Virus record (IMG/VR): IMGVR_UViG_3300021356_000014
Span: 2,630-66,629 of that record
DNA length: 64,000 nt
Strand: one strand, 5' to 3'
Source of the DNA: a virus
The notes under the pieces were generated by a model. The model saw only the letters and a list, made by a program, of their open reading frames with translations, did no database searches and was not told where the DNA came from. Both the position numbers and the translations under genes were made by a program. This document shows positions 49,787 through 59,586 of the stretch, in pieces (the first letter of the stretch is position 1; the number at the start of each line of letters is the position of its first letter).

Positions 49787-51912
49787 TGAAAGATATATCA
49801 CACATAATTTTAACAGATTTAGATGAGTTAAGTAAAGTATTAGATTCTTGTGTAAAGTCTAAGCTATTTTGTTGCGACTTTGAAACTAATACTGTAAATC
49901 CTTTTGATGAGGATGCCTTAGCTACAATACTAGGATTCACTAATAGAGAGGATTTAATTTATATTCTTCCTATTTATAATGTAGAGGGTACGGTTAGCGA
50001 AGAGTTTGTCAAAAAATCTTTTGATCTTATTGCATCAAAGATATTATCAAATCCTGATGTTAGACTAATAGCTCACAATCTACAATATGAACTGCATTTC
50101 TTTAGGTTATGTATGAATAATTATGACTTTGACTTTCAGTGTGAACTACATGACACAATGGTAATGAGTCATTTTATGAACGAGAATCGTAGGCATGGCC
50201 TAAAAGGATTGGTAAATACTTTCATAAAATCCTATGCAGGATATGAAAGCGAGTTAAGTCAGTATATGACAGAGAAGAATGATTACTATAATATAGAGTT
50301 AGAGCATCTAGCTAGATATTGTGCTATTGATGTTTATGTTACCTTAAAACTTTTTGTGATGTTCGAGAAAAGGTTGAAAGGGGATGATGAGCATAAAAGG
50401 TTGTGGGAATGTTATAGTAAAATTAAGATGCCTGCATTGCTCGCTCTTAATGATGCTACATCAAAGGGGATGCATATAGATTTAGAGTTGCTTGAGAGGT
50501 CAATAGAAAAGGTAACAAAAATACAAGAGCAGAAATATGATGCTATGCTATCTTCTAAAGTTCTTCAAGAATTTCAGTTTGCTAAACGTAAAGAGGCATA
50601 TGATGCTAGGGTATCTTTATGTAGGGCTAAAATGAAGGAGTATAAAGAGCAAGGAAAGATGGCTTTTTATAAAAGATGGTCTGAAAATTTGGATAAGGCA
50701 AATAATAAGCCTAGTGAAGAGTGGTATTCTATTAATTTGAATAGTCCTGCTCAGATGAAAGAATTAATATATACGCATAATAAAGGCTTTAAATATGCTT
50801 CTTTAGGTTTATCTAGCGAGACTACAGATTCGTATCAATTAATGGAAATATACCGAATGTTCCCAGATAACACTTTTTTAGTTAATTTACTTGCTTATAG
50901 GACAGTAAGTAAAATACTAAATACCTATCTGATCGGTATAAGAGATCGTTTAGATGGCGATAAAATACATGGTAGATTTAACATTAATGGTACAAAAACA
51001 GGCCGTATATCTAGTTCTGACCCTAATTTACAAAATTTAATTTCTCGTTCTTCTATTGATGATGCGGATGTTCAAGATACTATTAAAATAGTAAAAAAGC
51101 TATTTATTGCTCCGCAGGGGTATGATTTCATACAGATTGATTATGCAACAATGGAGTTGAGAATTGCGGCTGCTTTTGCTGATGAACATAATATGATTAA
51201 GGCCTTTGCTAATGGTGAGGATTTACACGCTAAAACGGCTGCTAATGTTCTTGAGGGGATTTCCGTAGAGGAATTTAATACTTATGAAAAGCCTAAAAGA
51301 AAAAAGATTAGATTCAAGGCGAAAGCCGTTAATTTTGGGTTTCTGTATGGTATGAGTGCAGAGTCTTTTAAGGACTATGTTAAGAATATGACAGGACAAA
51401 TTGTAAGTAGCGAAGAGGCTGTGAATATTAGAGATAAGTTTTTTGAAACTTATCCTAATCTTACCAACTGGTATGCTAAGAGTAGAGCCTTTGTAACAAA
51501 ATATGCATTTGTTAGGACATTCTTTGGTACTAAGAGAAGAGTAGGCTACTTATTTAATACTACTGAGAAGTATAAGATAAAAAGTCTATCAGTAAATGCA
51601 CCTGTTCAAGGTACTAGTGGGTTATGGACTCTAGCGGCTATTGCTGAAATATATAAAGAATTTAAAAATAATGATTCGGTGGTGATAGCTAACACTATCC
51701 ATGATAGTGTTATATTTTATGTAAAAAGAGATCAAGACTATAATAGAAATCTACTAAGGATACGTGAAATTATGGAATGGCCATCGGTAGTAGAAGATTA
51801 TCCTGCTGTAAAAATATACAAAGAAAACCTTAGAAAAATAGGATTAAAAGTAGATTTAGAGGTTTCATCAAAATCTTGGGGAGATTTAAAAGAAATTGAC
51901 TTTCCCTCTTGA
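49786..51912 (+). CDS. polA: DNA polymerase family A (3'-5' exonuclease plus polymerase)
   Basis: DFET, AHNLQYE, YCAID exonuclease motifs; TGRISSSDPNLQN, DYATMELR, KAVNFGFLYG, NAPVQGT, TIHDS. Confidence 0.95.
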   Translation: MKDISHIILTDLDELSKVLDSCVKSKLFCCDFETNTVNPFDEDALATILGFTNREDLIYILPIYNVEGTVSEEFVKKSFDLIASKILSNPDVRLIAHNLQYELHFFRLCMNNYDFDFQCELHDTMVMSHFMNENRRHGLKGLVNTFIKSYAGYESELSQYMTEKNDYYNIELEHLARYCAIDVYVTLKLFVMFEKRLKGDDEHKRLWECYSKIKMPALLALNDATSKGMHIDLELLERSIEKVTKIQEQKYDAMLSSKVLQEFQFAKRKEAYDARVSLCRAKMKEYKEQGKMAFYKRWSENLDKANNKPSEEWYSINLNSPAQMKELIYTHNKGFKYASLGLSSETTDSYQLMEIYRMFPDNTFLVNLLAYRTVSKILNTYLIGIRDRLDGDKIHGRFNINGTKTGRISSSDPNLQNLISRSSIDDADVQDTIKIVKKLFIAPQGYDFIQIDYATMELRIAAAFADEHNMIKAFANGEDLHAKTAANVLEGISVEEFNTYEKPKRKKIRFKAKAVNFGFLYGMSAESFKDYVKNMTGQIVSSEEAVNIRDKFFETYPNLTNWYAKSRAFVTKYAFVRTFFGTKRRVGYLFNTTEKYKIKSLSVNAPVQGTSGLWTLAAIAEIYKEFKNNDSVVIANTIHDSVIFYVKRDQDYNRNLLRIREIMEWPSVVEDYPAVKIYKENLRKIGLKVDLEVSSKSWGDLKEIDFPS

Positions 51913-51971
51913 CTTTTAGTATAAAATACCTTATATTTGTAATAAATTTTTTAACCAAAATAAGTATATAT

Positions 51972-52676
51972 ATGTCATTTTTAGACGCATTTCAAAACAC
52001 GCAAGAACAAGACAGAGAATTTAATTACTTAACTGGTAACAAACTGACTGAACAAGGTACTGATATTATTATTAGTAATGTTTGTGATGGCAATAAGCCT
52101 CTAAAAAAGGTGGTTTTCTGGGCTGAAAAATCTCCTTATATCAGCCAAAAAACCTTTAAGGGACAATGCCCATTAGATGATGAGTTACTTGCCTTTTACA
52201 AGGCTTATCCGAAGGATACTCCAGAAAGAGCAGCCCTCAAAAGCCAAAATAGGTCTTTTTCTAAAAAACAGCCTACTGATTTAGTTGTCTATATATTAAA
52301 TGGAGATGAGGTAGACACTACTCCTGCGGTATTAAGTTGTGGTTCCGCTTTAGCTGATGCTATCTCTTCTATTTTAAGTAGCCCTCCAAAAGGCAGTAAT
52401 GCGGAGGATTTTATTTTAAGCGAGAATGGGCAACAGGTTTATCCAATAACAATTAGTAAATCGGGGTCAGGGTTAAATACAAAATATCAAGCCCAAATGC
52501 ACCTGAGTAAATTTGAAATGGACTGTACAGAAGCCGTAGAAGCGGCAAAGGGTATAGATTTACTAGGTCTAGCTACAGCAGAATCTAATAGAAAACCTAT
52601 TGATGAGGCTTTAGCGTACTTCAAAGACACAGTTATTCCTAACTGTTTATCGAGTGAGGTAAGCGACACTATTTAG
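51972..52676 (+). CDS. probable single-stranded DNA-binding protein
   Basis: ATG 51972 after its own TATATTTG box (51932); ITISKSGSGLNTKY motif; follows the polymerase. Confidence 0.5.
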   Translation: MSFLDAFQNTQEQDREFNYLTGNKLTEQGTDIIISNVCDGNKPLKKVVFWAEKSPYISQKTFKGQCPLDDELLAFYKAYPKDTPERAALKSQNRSFSKKQPTDLVVYILNGDEVDTTPAVLSCGSALADAISSILSSPPKGSNAEDFILSENGQQVYPITISKSGSGLNTKYQAQMHLSKFEMDCTEAVEAAKGIDLLGLATAESNRKPIDEALAYFKDTVIPNCLSSEVSDTI

Positions 52677-52756
52677 TTTAATTTTTAATTAGTTAACTAT
52701 AGAGGATGGCTTTCATTTTATGTTGGTCATCCTTTTTACTTTAAATTATAATTTGT

Positions 52757-53704
52757 ATGAAAGTATTAGTTTTTTCTGACCTTCATGTGAATAAATATAA
52801 AAGATTTAGTGATGGGGATAGCAGATTAGATGACTGTTTGAATATACTTAAACAAGTATATAAAACAGCTAATGATAATAAAATTGAGAATATTTTATTT
52901 TGTGGGGATTTTTTCGATACCCAGTACGCTATTAATACTAGGGTATTGACTAAAACTCTCGAAGTAATGCAAAAAATGTCGGAGAGATACCCTGAAATTT
53001 ATATGTATGGTATTACAGGCAACCATGACCTTGCTACAAGAGAGGGGGATAAATATAGTTCTGCGATAAGTATGTTTGATACTATAAACAGTATAAATTT
53101 CATTTCTTTAGATTATAAAGCAGCAAGACTAGGAAAGGATGTTAGAGTAATAGGTATCCCATACAAAAATTCAGAAATAGAATTTAGTGATGCACTAGAT
53201 GAGATCGTAAGAAATGAGGATATATCAGATGCAATTTTATTAGTACATCAAACGCCTAAAAAGTTTCATCATACAGGTGAATGCGATGAAAAAGACTCAA
53301 GATTTGATGACTTTATTAAAGTATTTTCTGGACATATACATGATAGGGATAACTACAACTATAACTTTACGATGGTAGGAAATCCTTTGCATAGAGATTT
53401 ATCAGACGCAGGGGTAGATAAGGGGTGCTTAATCTTTGATACAGACACTAAAGAAATAGATTTTATATCTTTTGATGCTTTTTATCCTTCTTTTGTAAAA
53501 GTTGAGCAAGGGCAAGAGGATAATTATTCTGGAAGAGATTTTGTAGTTACAGTAACATCGAATATAGAGAATGAAAGATTCGATGAGGGTTTAAGTTACT
53601 CTGATACGTCTAACCTAGAAAATTTAGTCATACAGTATGTAGAAAATGAGTTACATAGAGATGACTCAGATTTAGTAATTAAAATCGGGAAAGAATGTAT
53701 ATAA
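52757..53704 (+). CDS. Mre11/SbcD-like metallophosphoesterase nuclease
   Basis: FSDLH, CGDFFD, GNHD, SGHIH. Confidence 0.88.
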   Translation: MKVLVFSDLHVNKYKRFSDGDSRLDDCLNILKQVYKTANDNKIENILFCGDFFDTQYAINTRVLTKTLEVMQKMSERYPEIYMYGITGNHDLATREGDKYSSAISMFDTINSINFISLDYKAARLGKDVRVIGIPYKNSEIEFSDALDEIVRNEDISDAILLVHQTPKKFHHTGECDEKDSRFDDFIKVFSGHIHDRDNYNYNFTMVGNPLHRDLSDAGVDKGCLIFDTDTKEIDFISFDAFYPSFVKVEQGQEDNYSGRDFVVTVTSNIENERFDEGLSYSDTSNLENLVIQYVENELHRDDSDLVIKIGKECI

Positions 53705-55461
53705 AATTTAAGGAGTTAGAACTTCTAAACTTTAGGAGTTTTAAAGGTAGGCACACTTTTACCTTTTCTGATAAAGGCATTACAATAATAAATGGCAGTA
53801 ATGGCTCAGGTAAATCCTCATTAATAGAGGCGATGTATTGGACTCTTACTGGAAAGCTAGTTAAACAAGGAAAGATAGATAGTGCTATATCAGAAGGCTG
53901 TAAAAATATGGCTACTTCTTTGTTAATTTCTAAAGGGGAAGAGCAGGTTCGTATTGTTAGGTCTTATGGCTCTAAAAAGTCGCTGCAATTATATATAAAT
54001 GATGTAGCATCAACACATCTACATAAGAAAGATATACAAGAAAGTATTTATTCATTATTGAATATTACAGAAAATAGTATATCAAATACTTTATTCTTTA
54101 ACCAGAATAGTAAAAGATTATTAGATGCTTCACAAACGGAAAGAAAAAACGTATTAAGTGAGTTATTTAACTTGCAAGTACTTGATGCCGCTAAAGATAA
54201 TGCTAGATTAATGCTAAATGAGTATCAAAAATCTTTAACAGAGAATGAATATATTATATCTTCTGTTAAAGACAAATTAGAATCTGCAAAAAGTAACCTT
54301 ATCAATACTAATAGACATAATGAACTTCTGTTAAGTCAGAAGGAAAGTAGAATTAACGATGCTATAAAAGAGCTAAATGAATTTGAGTTCGGATTAACTT
54401 CTATATTTGCTCCTGAAATGCCTAGTAAGGTTACTGCTCCAGCTTTGGATGATAATAGTACTCTTATAACTACTTATAAAGATGATATTGCATCTATAAA
54501 GGCTGAGATTAGATATGATAAAACTAATTTAGCTAGAAGGCAGCAAGAATTAGAATCTTGTGATTCTGTACAGAATTGTAATATTTGTGGTAAGCAGATT
54601 AGTAATCAAACTACTATTGATAGCATACGTAATGATATAAGTACATTAGAGCGAAAGGTACAAAACAATATAGATACTCTTAATTCTAAGGAGTTAGAAC
54701 TAACTAAAGCTTCTAATAAGCAGAAAGAGTACGACAAACAGCACTCCGAGTATCAATCCTATCTTATAAGATTAGATAGATATAATGATAAGTTAGAGAT
54801 ATACAATGATAGACTAGCTAATCAAGAGGCTAGAAGAAAAAACTTACAAGATAGGATAGAAAAGATTAAGCAAGAGGATACTTTATTGTTAGATACGGTA
54901 AAAATCAAGAATGATATTTTTGATTTAGGAAAGACGCTAGAGAATTTAGATACAAAAGCTAAAGAGATACAGTCTAATCTTGAGGCATCTGAATTTTGGG
55001 TAAAAAAAGGATTTACGGGTAATGGCTTACTTGCTTACATTTTAAAAAGTAAAGTTAATGAGTTAAATACTATAATTTCTTCATACTCTTACATTTTAGA
55101 TATTGATGTCAGATTCGAGGTTATAACTGAGGGTAAAACAAAACAGATACAGACGATTACTAGTATAAACGGTATTGATAGAGAATATGAATGGCTATCT
55201 GGAGGAGAAAAAGCTAGAGCTAACTTATTAGTATCACTTGCATTGAGTAAACTTCTTTCAGGTACTATGAATGCTAATTTGTTAATATTTGATGAAGCTT
55301 TCTCTGCTTTAGATGAAAAAGGGTACGAGGGTATAATTACGTTTATATCTGAAATAGCTAAAGATAAGGAGGTAATTATTATTACGCATAATTTAGATAT
55401 TGCAGAAGGCCGTAAAGTTCTAATTGAAAAAATTAATAATAAATCAAAAATAACTAGATAA
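53695..55461 (+). CDS. Rad50/SbcC-like ATPase
   Basis: GSNGSGKSS, coiled coil with CNIC zinc hook, LSGGE, IFDEAFSALD, ITH. Confidence 0.9.
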   Translation: MYIKFKELELLNFRSFKGRHTFTFSDKGITIINGSNGSGKSSLIEAMYWTLTGKLVKQGKIDSAISEGCKNMATSLLISKGEEQVRIVRSYGSKKSLQLYINDVASTHLHKKDIQESIYSLLNITENSISNTLFFNQNSKRLLDASQTERKNVLSELFNLQVLDAAKDNARLMLNEYQKSLTENEYIISSVKDKLESAKSNLINTNRHNELLLSQKESRINDAIKELNEFEFGLTSIFAPEMPSKVTAPALDDNSTLITTYKDDIASIKAEIRYDKTNLARRQQELESCDSVQNCNICGKQISNQTTIDSIRNDISTLERKVQNNIDTLNSKELELTKASNKQKEYDKQHSEYQSYLIRLDRYNDKLEIYNDRLANQEARRKNLQDRIEKIKQEDTLLLDTVKIKNDIFDLGKTLENLDTKAKEIQSNLEASEFWVKKGFTGNGLLAYILKSKVNELNTIISSYSYILDIDVRFEVITEGKTKQIQTITSINGIDREYEWLSGGEKARANLLVSLALSKLLSGTMNANLLIFDEAFSALDEKGYEGIITFISEIAKDKEVIIITHNLDIAEGRKVLIEKINNKSKITR

Positions 55462-56855
55462 TGAGATCGTATATCAGATTAGAAATTCAAAAAGAAGGGG
55501 AAAATGAGATAAGTATGTCAGATGTATCTTATCAGAATGAGAGATACTCAATACTATTTTTATCTAATCAGGGAGTGATAGACAATATGCTTACTAATAT
55601 AGAGGGTAGCTTCCCAGATAGTGATATAAAACGCATAGGAGAGCAAGCTATATTTGAAAATATTATAGACCAGTATGAAAACTTACCTTTACGAGAGTTC
55701 TCGACAGAAGTAACAAAGTCGTTGACTCAATTTGGGGCGGCATTAAAATGGGGTATCTTTATTATTGATGAATGGCTAGATACAGTAACAGTAGTATTAG
55801 ATGAGTTAGGAACAATCCCTGTTTATTACAGATTATCTGAGGATGTTGTAGAGTTGACTACTAGGCTATTCTTTCATAATAATGTAGAATGGTCGCATGA
55901 AGGCGTTACAGAGATTATAAATAATAATATGTCAAGAGATCACTCTTTGCTATCAAACTGGTATCCTTTGCAAGCAAATTCTTGCTACAAATTTACATTA
56001 ACCAAAGATAGCTATGAGGTAGTTAATAATTTGAACATCAGTAAATTAGGTATCCCTGTTTTGCCTAATCTAGCTAATGAGTTCGACTTCAAAAGTAGTT
56101 ATGATTCTTATGATAATGTTATAAAGACATTTGAGTATGTATTTAGTAAAACAGTAGAATATTTACCTGATAACTGCGCTTATATAGCACAAGGCTCTCC
56201 TCTTGATGTACTTATTATTGAAGAGATGTTAGATCAAAATATAAATTTTAGATTATTCTATATAAATGGGTTATCAAATAAATATGCAGACTATTATTCT
56301 AAAAAGTATAAGGCTACTGAATTAAAAGTAGATATTGAGGATAGCAGATTTAATGGAGTATTATCTAGCTTCGATTATTCGGATTACTTTATGGCAAACG
56401 CTATATCACAAATTAAAAAAGAAGGATTTGAGGAGGTATTTGGATGCTTCGCAGCAAGTTATTTCCTACATGACTGGAAAGGAGGAGAATCAGATATTGC
56501 TACACACGCACTAGAAGAATTTATAACGATGAAACAAGATTACCGACATAGAATTGGGAAAGTAATTTCGGATATATCGTTCGTTGCAGATATTGAGGTT
56601 AATGACTTACTAAGTAGCGACTTAATTACAAGTATGATGCATGGATTCTCTATAGCTAGTATGATACCCGAACTTCTTAACTCAAATATTGATGACTTCG
56701 CTAAGTTTCTTAGAAATTTGTACTTTAACTATGGAGTAAGTAAAGAAATAATAAATGAAATACCTACATTTTTATTTACCCCTCTTGGGGGCAGTTCTAT
56801 AGAGCAAAAAGAAGCATTAGCTGAAAAAATTATCTCTTCGTTTATTGAAAACTAA
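55461..56855 (+). CDS. highly diverged asparagine synthetase B-like protein
   Basis: LDELGTIPVYYR resembles the AsnB DxxGxKPLYY motif; N-terminal Cys and LSGGLDS are absent. Confidence 0.45.
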   Translation: MRSYIRLEIQKEGENEISMSDVSYQNERYSILFLSNQGVIDNMLTNIEGSFPDSDIKRIGEQAIFENIIDQYENLPLREFSTEVTKSLTQFGAALKWGIFIIDEWLDTVTVVLDELGTIPVYYRLSEDVVELTTRLFFHNNVEWSHEGVTEIINNNMSRDHSLLSNWYPLQANSCYKFTLTKDSYEVVNNLNISKLGIPVLPNLANEFDFKSSYDSYDNVIKTFEYVFSKTVEYLPDNCAYIAQGSPLDVLIIEEMLDQNINFRLFYINGLSNKYADYYSKKYKATELKVDIEDSRFNGVLSSFDYSDYFMANAISQIKKEGFEEVFGCFAASYFLHDWKGGESDIATHALEEFITMKQDYRHRIGKVISDISFVADIEVNDLLSSDLITSMMHGFSIASMIPELLNSNIDDFAKFLRNLYFNYGVSKEIINEIPTFLFTPLGGSSIEQKEALAEKIISSFIEN

Positions 56856-56930
56856 ATATTTTTTAAGATTTGCTTGCAATTGCGAGCAAATCTTTTTAAC
56901 TTGCAGTCATTAACTAATTAAAAATAAATT
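56854..56930 (+). promoter_or_regulatory. repeated promoter/operator element, copy 3
   Basis: TTTGCTTGCAATTGCGAGCAAA 56869-56890 followed by TCTTTTTAACTTGCAGTCATTAACTAATTAAAA. Confidence 0.7.
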
Positions 56931-56950
56931 AACGATAAACTTAAATTGAA

Positions 56951-57334
56951 ATGAATATAACTAATTGCGAAAAGTGCGGGTGTAAAAAGACTTGGAAGGG
57001 TGATGATATTACTTGTAGCTTCCAAGATTCTGAAAAATTTGGCGATAACTGGAAATGCGGATTGATTGGTAAGATTAGATATTTATGTGAATTAGCTATG
57101 GAGGGCAAAGACCCTAGATTACATTACCAATATTGCGAAGGCCAAAAATATGTAACAATAAAGACTGATGATATAACAGAAATGGGTCTTTGCCTTTGGG
57201 TGAGTTGGTATAAATCTCGTGGTAGAACAGAGGCTATGTGGATATTGGATGGGGATAACCAACCAAAACAGCCAAATTTTAGCGACCTAAAAGCAATTAT
57301 TGAACACTATTCTGAATTATTAGCTGAAATGTAG
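56951..57334 (+). CDS. hypothetical protein
   Basis: 127 aa, CEKC, WYKSRGRT. Confidence 0.65.
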   Translation: MNITNCEKCGCKKTWKGDDITCSFQDSEKFGDNWKCGLIGKIRYLCELAMEGKDPRLHYQYCEGQKYVTIKTDDITEMGLCLWVSWYKSRGRTEAMWILDGDNQPKQPNFSDLKAIIEHYSELLAEM

Positions 57335-57445
57335 CATTGTATATAATGTGAATGTATCTATCCCTGTACCGACCTTTTGGGAGGAATGGAGATAGATGCC
57401 CTGTTAGCCACCGTTTTTATTTTTCTAAAATTTTAAATCATTATA

Positions 57446-57913
57446 ATGTTACAAGAAGATTTCAGATTAGGGAATTACATTTTAGCTTCACAATATTTTG
57501 ATGAAGACGAAGCCCAAGACGACTTACAGGAAGATTACTCTTTTGAAAACGAATGGGATTTGTGTAAAATAACATCAATTGAAAATACTGATTTTGCTCC
57601 TTTTTCTTATGGGCTTGAATCTATCAGAAATGGGAATAAACCGAATCCAGAAATTTGGAACAGATTAGAACCTATTGAGATTAACGAAGATTATCTTATT
57701 AGATTTGGATTTGAGAAATATCCTCATGGTGGAAATGGTTTTAAGTTTGAAGGTTTTGTTGTTTATATTTTGAGAGATTCTATTGAAATAGAACACACTC
57801 CTGCAAAATTTACTGATAGGGTTCATGTTTGCAGCCATATCAAATATTTACATGAATTACAGAATCTTTATTATTTTTTAAATGGTTCTGAGTTGGTTTA
57901 TTCTCCTTGCTAA
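57446..57913 (+). CDS. hypothetical cassette protein
   Basis: FRLGNY..LEPIEINEDYLIRFGF..IKYLHELQNLYY; stop lies in GCTAAC. Confidence 0.7.
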   Translation: MLQEDFRLGNYILASQYFDEDEAQDDLQEDYSFENEWDLCKITSIENTDFAPFSYGLESIRNGNKPNPEIWNRLEPIEINEDYLIRFGFEKYPHGGNGFKFEGFVVYILRDSIEIEHTPAKFTDRVHVCSHIKYLHELQNLYYFLNGSELVYSPC

Positions 57914-58004
57914 CGTACTTGTATATGAAATGCGAAACGCAGTGTAGTTTTTTATATACTGTGTTAGCTGACGAAGTGAACTGTTAATTTTTAAATTTTA
58001 CCCG

Positions 58005-58505
58005 ATGGGAATAGACAAAATAGGAAACAAAAACAACTCTTTTGAAAGTAAGAGTATTGAGTATAGCACACCATTAGCAATAGTGAAACCCTTGATTGAG
58101 GAATTTAGTATTACCAAAGATGTTTGTGCAAGTAAGGTAAACCATAAACTACCCGATTACTGGACTAAAGAAGATGATGCCTTAACAAAAGATTGGATTG
58201 GTAATTGTTGGATGAACCCACCATTTGATAGAAACTTACAAAAATGGGTAAGGAAAGCACATAAAGAAGCTATTAAAAATGGCGGAACAAAGGTTTGCCT
58301 GATACCTGTTAGAAGTAATACAAAATGGTGGGCTGAAACGATGATAGATGCAGAAATACGGTTTATAAATGGTGAAGTAAATTTTAATGACGAACCACGA
58401 GGTTTATGGATGGGTATGTGTATTGTTGTTTTTGGCGAACAAGCGAAAGTAGGTACACATAGCATTATTGATTATAGGAAAGCAAGGGTGAAATTTAAAA
58501 ATTAA
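58005..58505 (+). CDS. phage Dam-like DNA N6-adenine methyltransferase
   Basis: YSTP, DVCAS, DDAL..W, WMNPPF, WVRKA, LIPVRSNTKWW, IRFI.G. Confidence 0.88.
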   Translation: MGIDKIGNKNNSFESKSIEYSTPLAIVKPLIEEFSITKDVCASKVNHKLPDYWTKEDDALTKDWIGNCWMNPPFDRNLQKWVRKAHKEAIKNGGTKVCLIPVRSNTKWWAETMIDAEIRFINGEVNFNDEPRGLWMGMCIVVFGEQAKVGTHSIIDYRKARVKFKN

Positions 58506-58616
58506 TTGCAGCTAACGGTTTGGCTATGCACCGTAAAGCATAGCACAATGTTTAATCTTAGCACTTACCTTAATCGCTTTATGGTGTATAGGTTGTGTTA
58601 GCAACAGTTAATTATT

Positions 58617-58850
58617 ATGACAATTTATAGAATATACTCTGATAAACAGCCTGACACTATGTTTGCAAGTAGCCTTGTGTGTAGTGTAGTGGTTGTAGCA
58701 AATAGCGAAGAAGAAGCAAAGCAGATAGTGGAAAAGAAACACGGTGATAACTTTGTATGTGATTACGAAGATGTTAAAGTAGAAGCTATTTGCGGTGATA
58801 ACCAATCAATGATTGTAAATGTGGAATACTTTAATGATAGCCACTACTAA
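58617..58850 (+). CDS. small cassette protein
   Basis: 77 aa, VVVANSEEEAKQ. Confidence 0.65.
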   Translation: MTIYRIYSDKQPDTMFASSLVCSVVVVANSEEEAKQIVEKKHGDNFVCDYEDVKVEAICGDNQSMIVNVEYFNDSHY

Positions 58851-58883
58851 TTGTTGCTAACAGGGTATATCAGAAATAAAAAA

Positions 58884-58960
58884 AAATATTTTTTAAGATT
58901 TGCTTGCAATTGCGAGCAAATCTTTTTAACTTGCAGTCATTAACTAATTAAAAACTAACT
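58884..58960 (+). promoter_or_regulatory. repeated promoter/operator element, copy 4
   Basis: About 70 bp identical to copy 3. Confidence 0.7.
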
Positions 58961-58963
58961 ATT

Positions 58964-59341
58964 ATGAATTTATCAGAAACACCTACTACAATATTAGGTA
59001 AAACAGTAAAATCTATCAGAGAACTAAGTGATTGCTGTATTTGCCTAGAATTTACTGATGGCACTAATTTTTGGCTAAATAGTTCGACAACCTTAGCTGC
59101 AATAGTTGACTGTAGCGACGATACATTATTAGGCAACAAAATTGTAGGTATAAAATTTGAATCTACTACTAGAGTAGATGAATCTTTTTATACTTGTAAT
59201 ATAGAAGTCGATAATGATGGGAAGCCTTCATACCAGATGTTTTCTATATGGATTAATGGATTAAGCGGGAAGAAAGAGGAGATGAGAAGAAACTTGAAAG
59301 CAAATCCCCTGCATTTTGTTAATGCAGATTTACCATTTTAA
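58964..59341 (+). CDS. hypothetical protein
   Basis: 125 aa ORF after the promoter element. Confidence 0.6.
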   Translation: MNLSETPTTILGKTVKSIRELSDCCICLEFTDGTNFWLNSSTTLAAIVDCSDDTLLGNKIVGIKFESTTRVDESFYTCNIEVDNDGKPSYQMFSIWINGLSGKKEEMRRNLKANPLHFVNADLPF

Positions 59342-59408
59342 ATATGAACGCTATTATTTTTATATTGCTCCTACTTGCATTGGTAGGGGTATCACAAAAT
59401 CAAGAGTA

Positions 59409-59579
59409 ATGAAAGAAGTTATTTTAGTATTTATCTTAGCAGTCATAAATTTCTTAATATTTTCATACGATATAGAAGTCGACAAAGATTTTTTCACATG
59501 GCTATGGCTCTTAAACAGCATTATATGTTTAATAGGGTCTGCGGTACTTTATACCAATCATTTAGATGAAAATCAATAA
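59409..59579 (+). CDS. small two-TM membrane protein
   Basis: MKEVILVFILAVINFLIF..WLWLLNSIICLIG; internal ATG preferred over the track start 59316. Confidence 0.5.
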   Translation: MKEVILVFILAVINFLIFSYDIEVDKDFFTWLWLLNSIICLIGSAVLYTNHLDENQ

Positions 59580-59586
59580 ATAAAAT

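Larger units (their letters stand above)
56951..58874 (+). mobile_element. integron-like cassette array C (4 genes)
   Basis: Hairpins 57338-57411, 57906-57972 and 58507-58605; terminal site 58853-58874. Confidence 0.75.
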
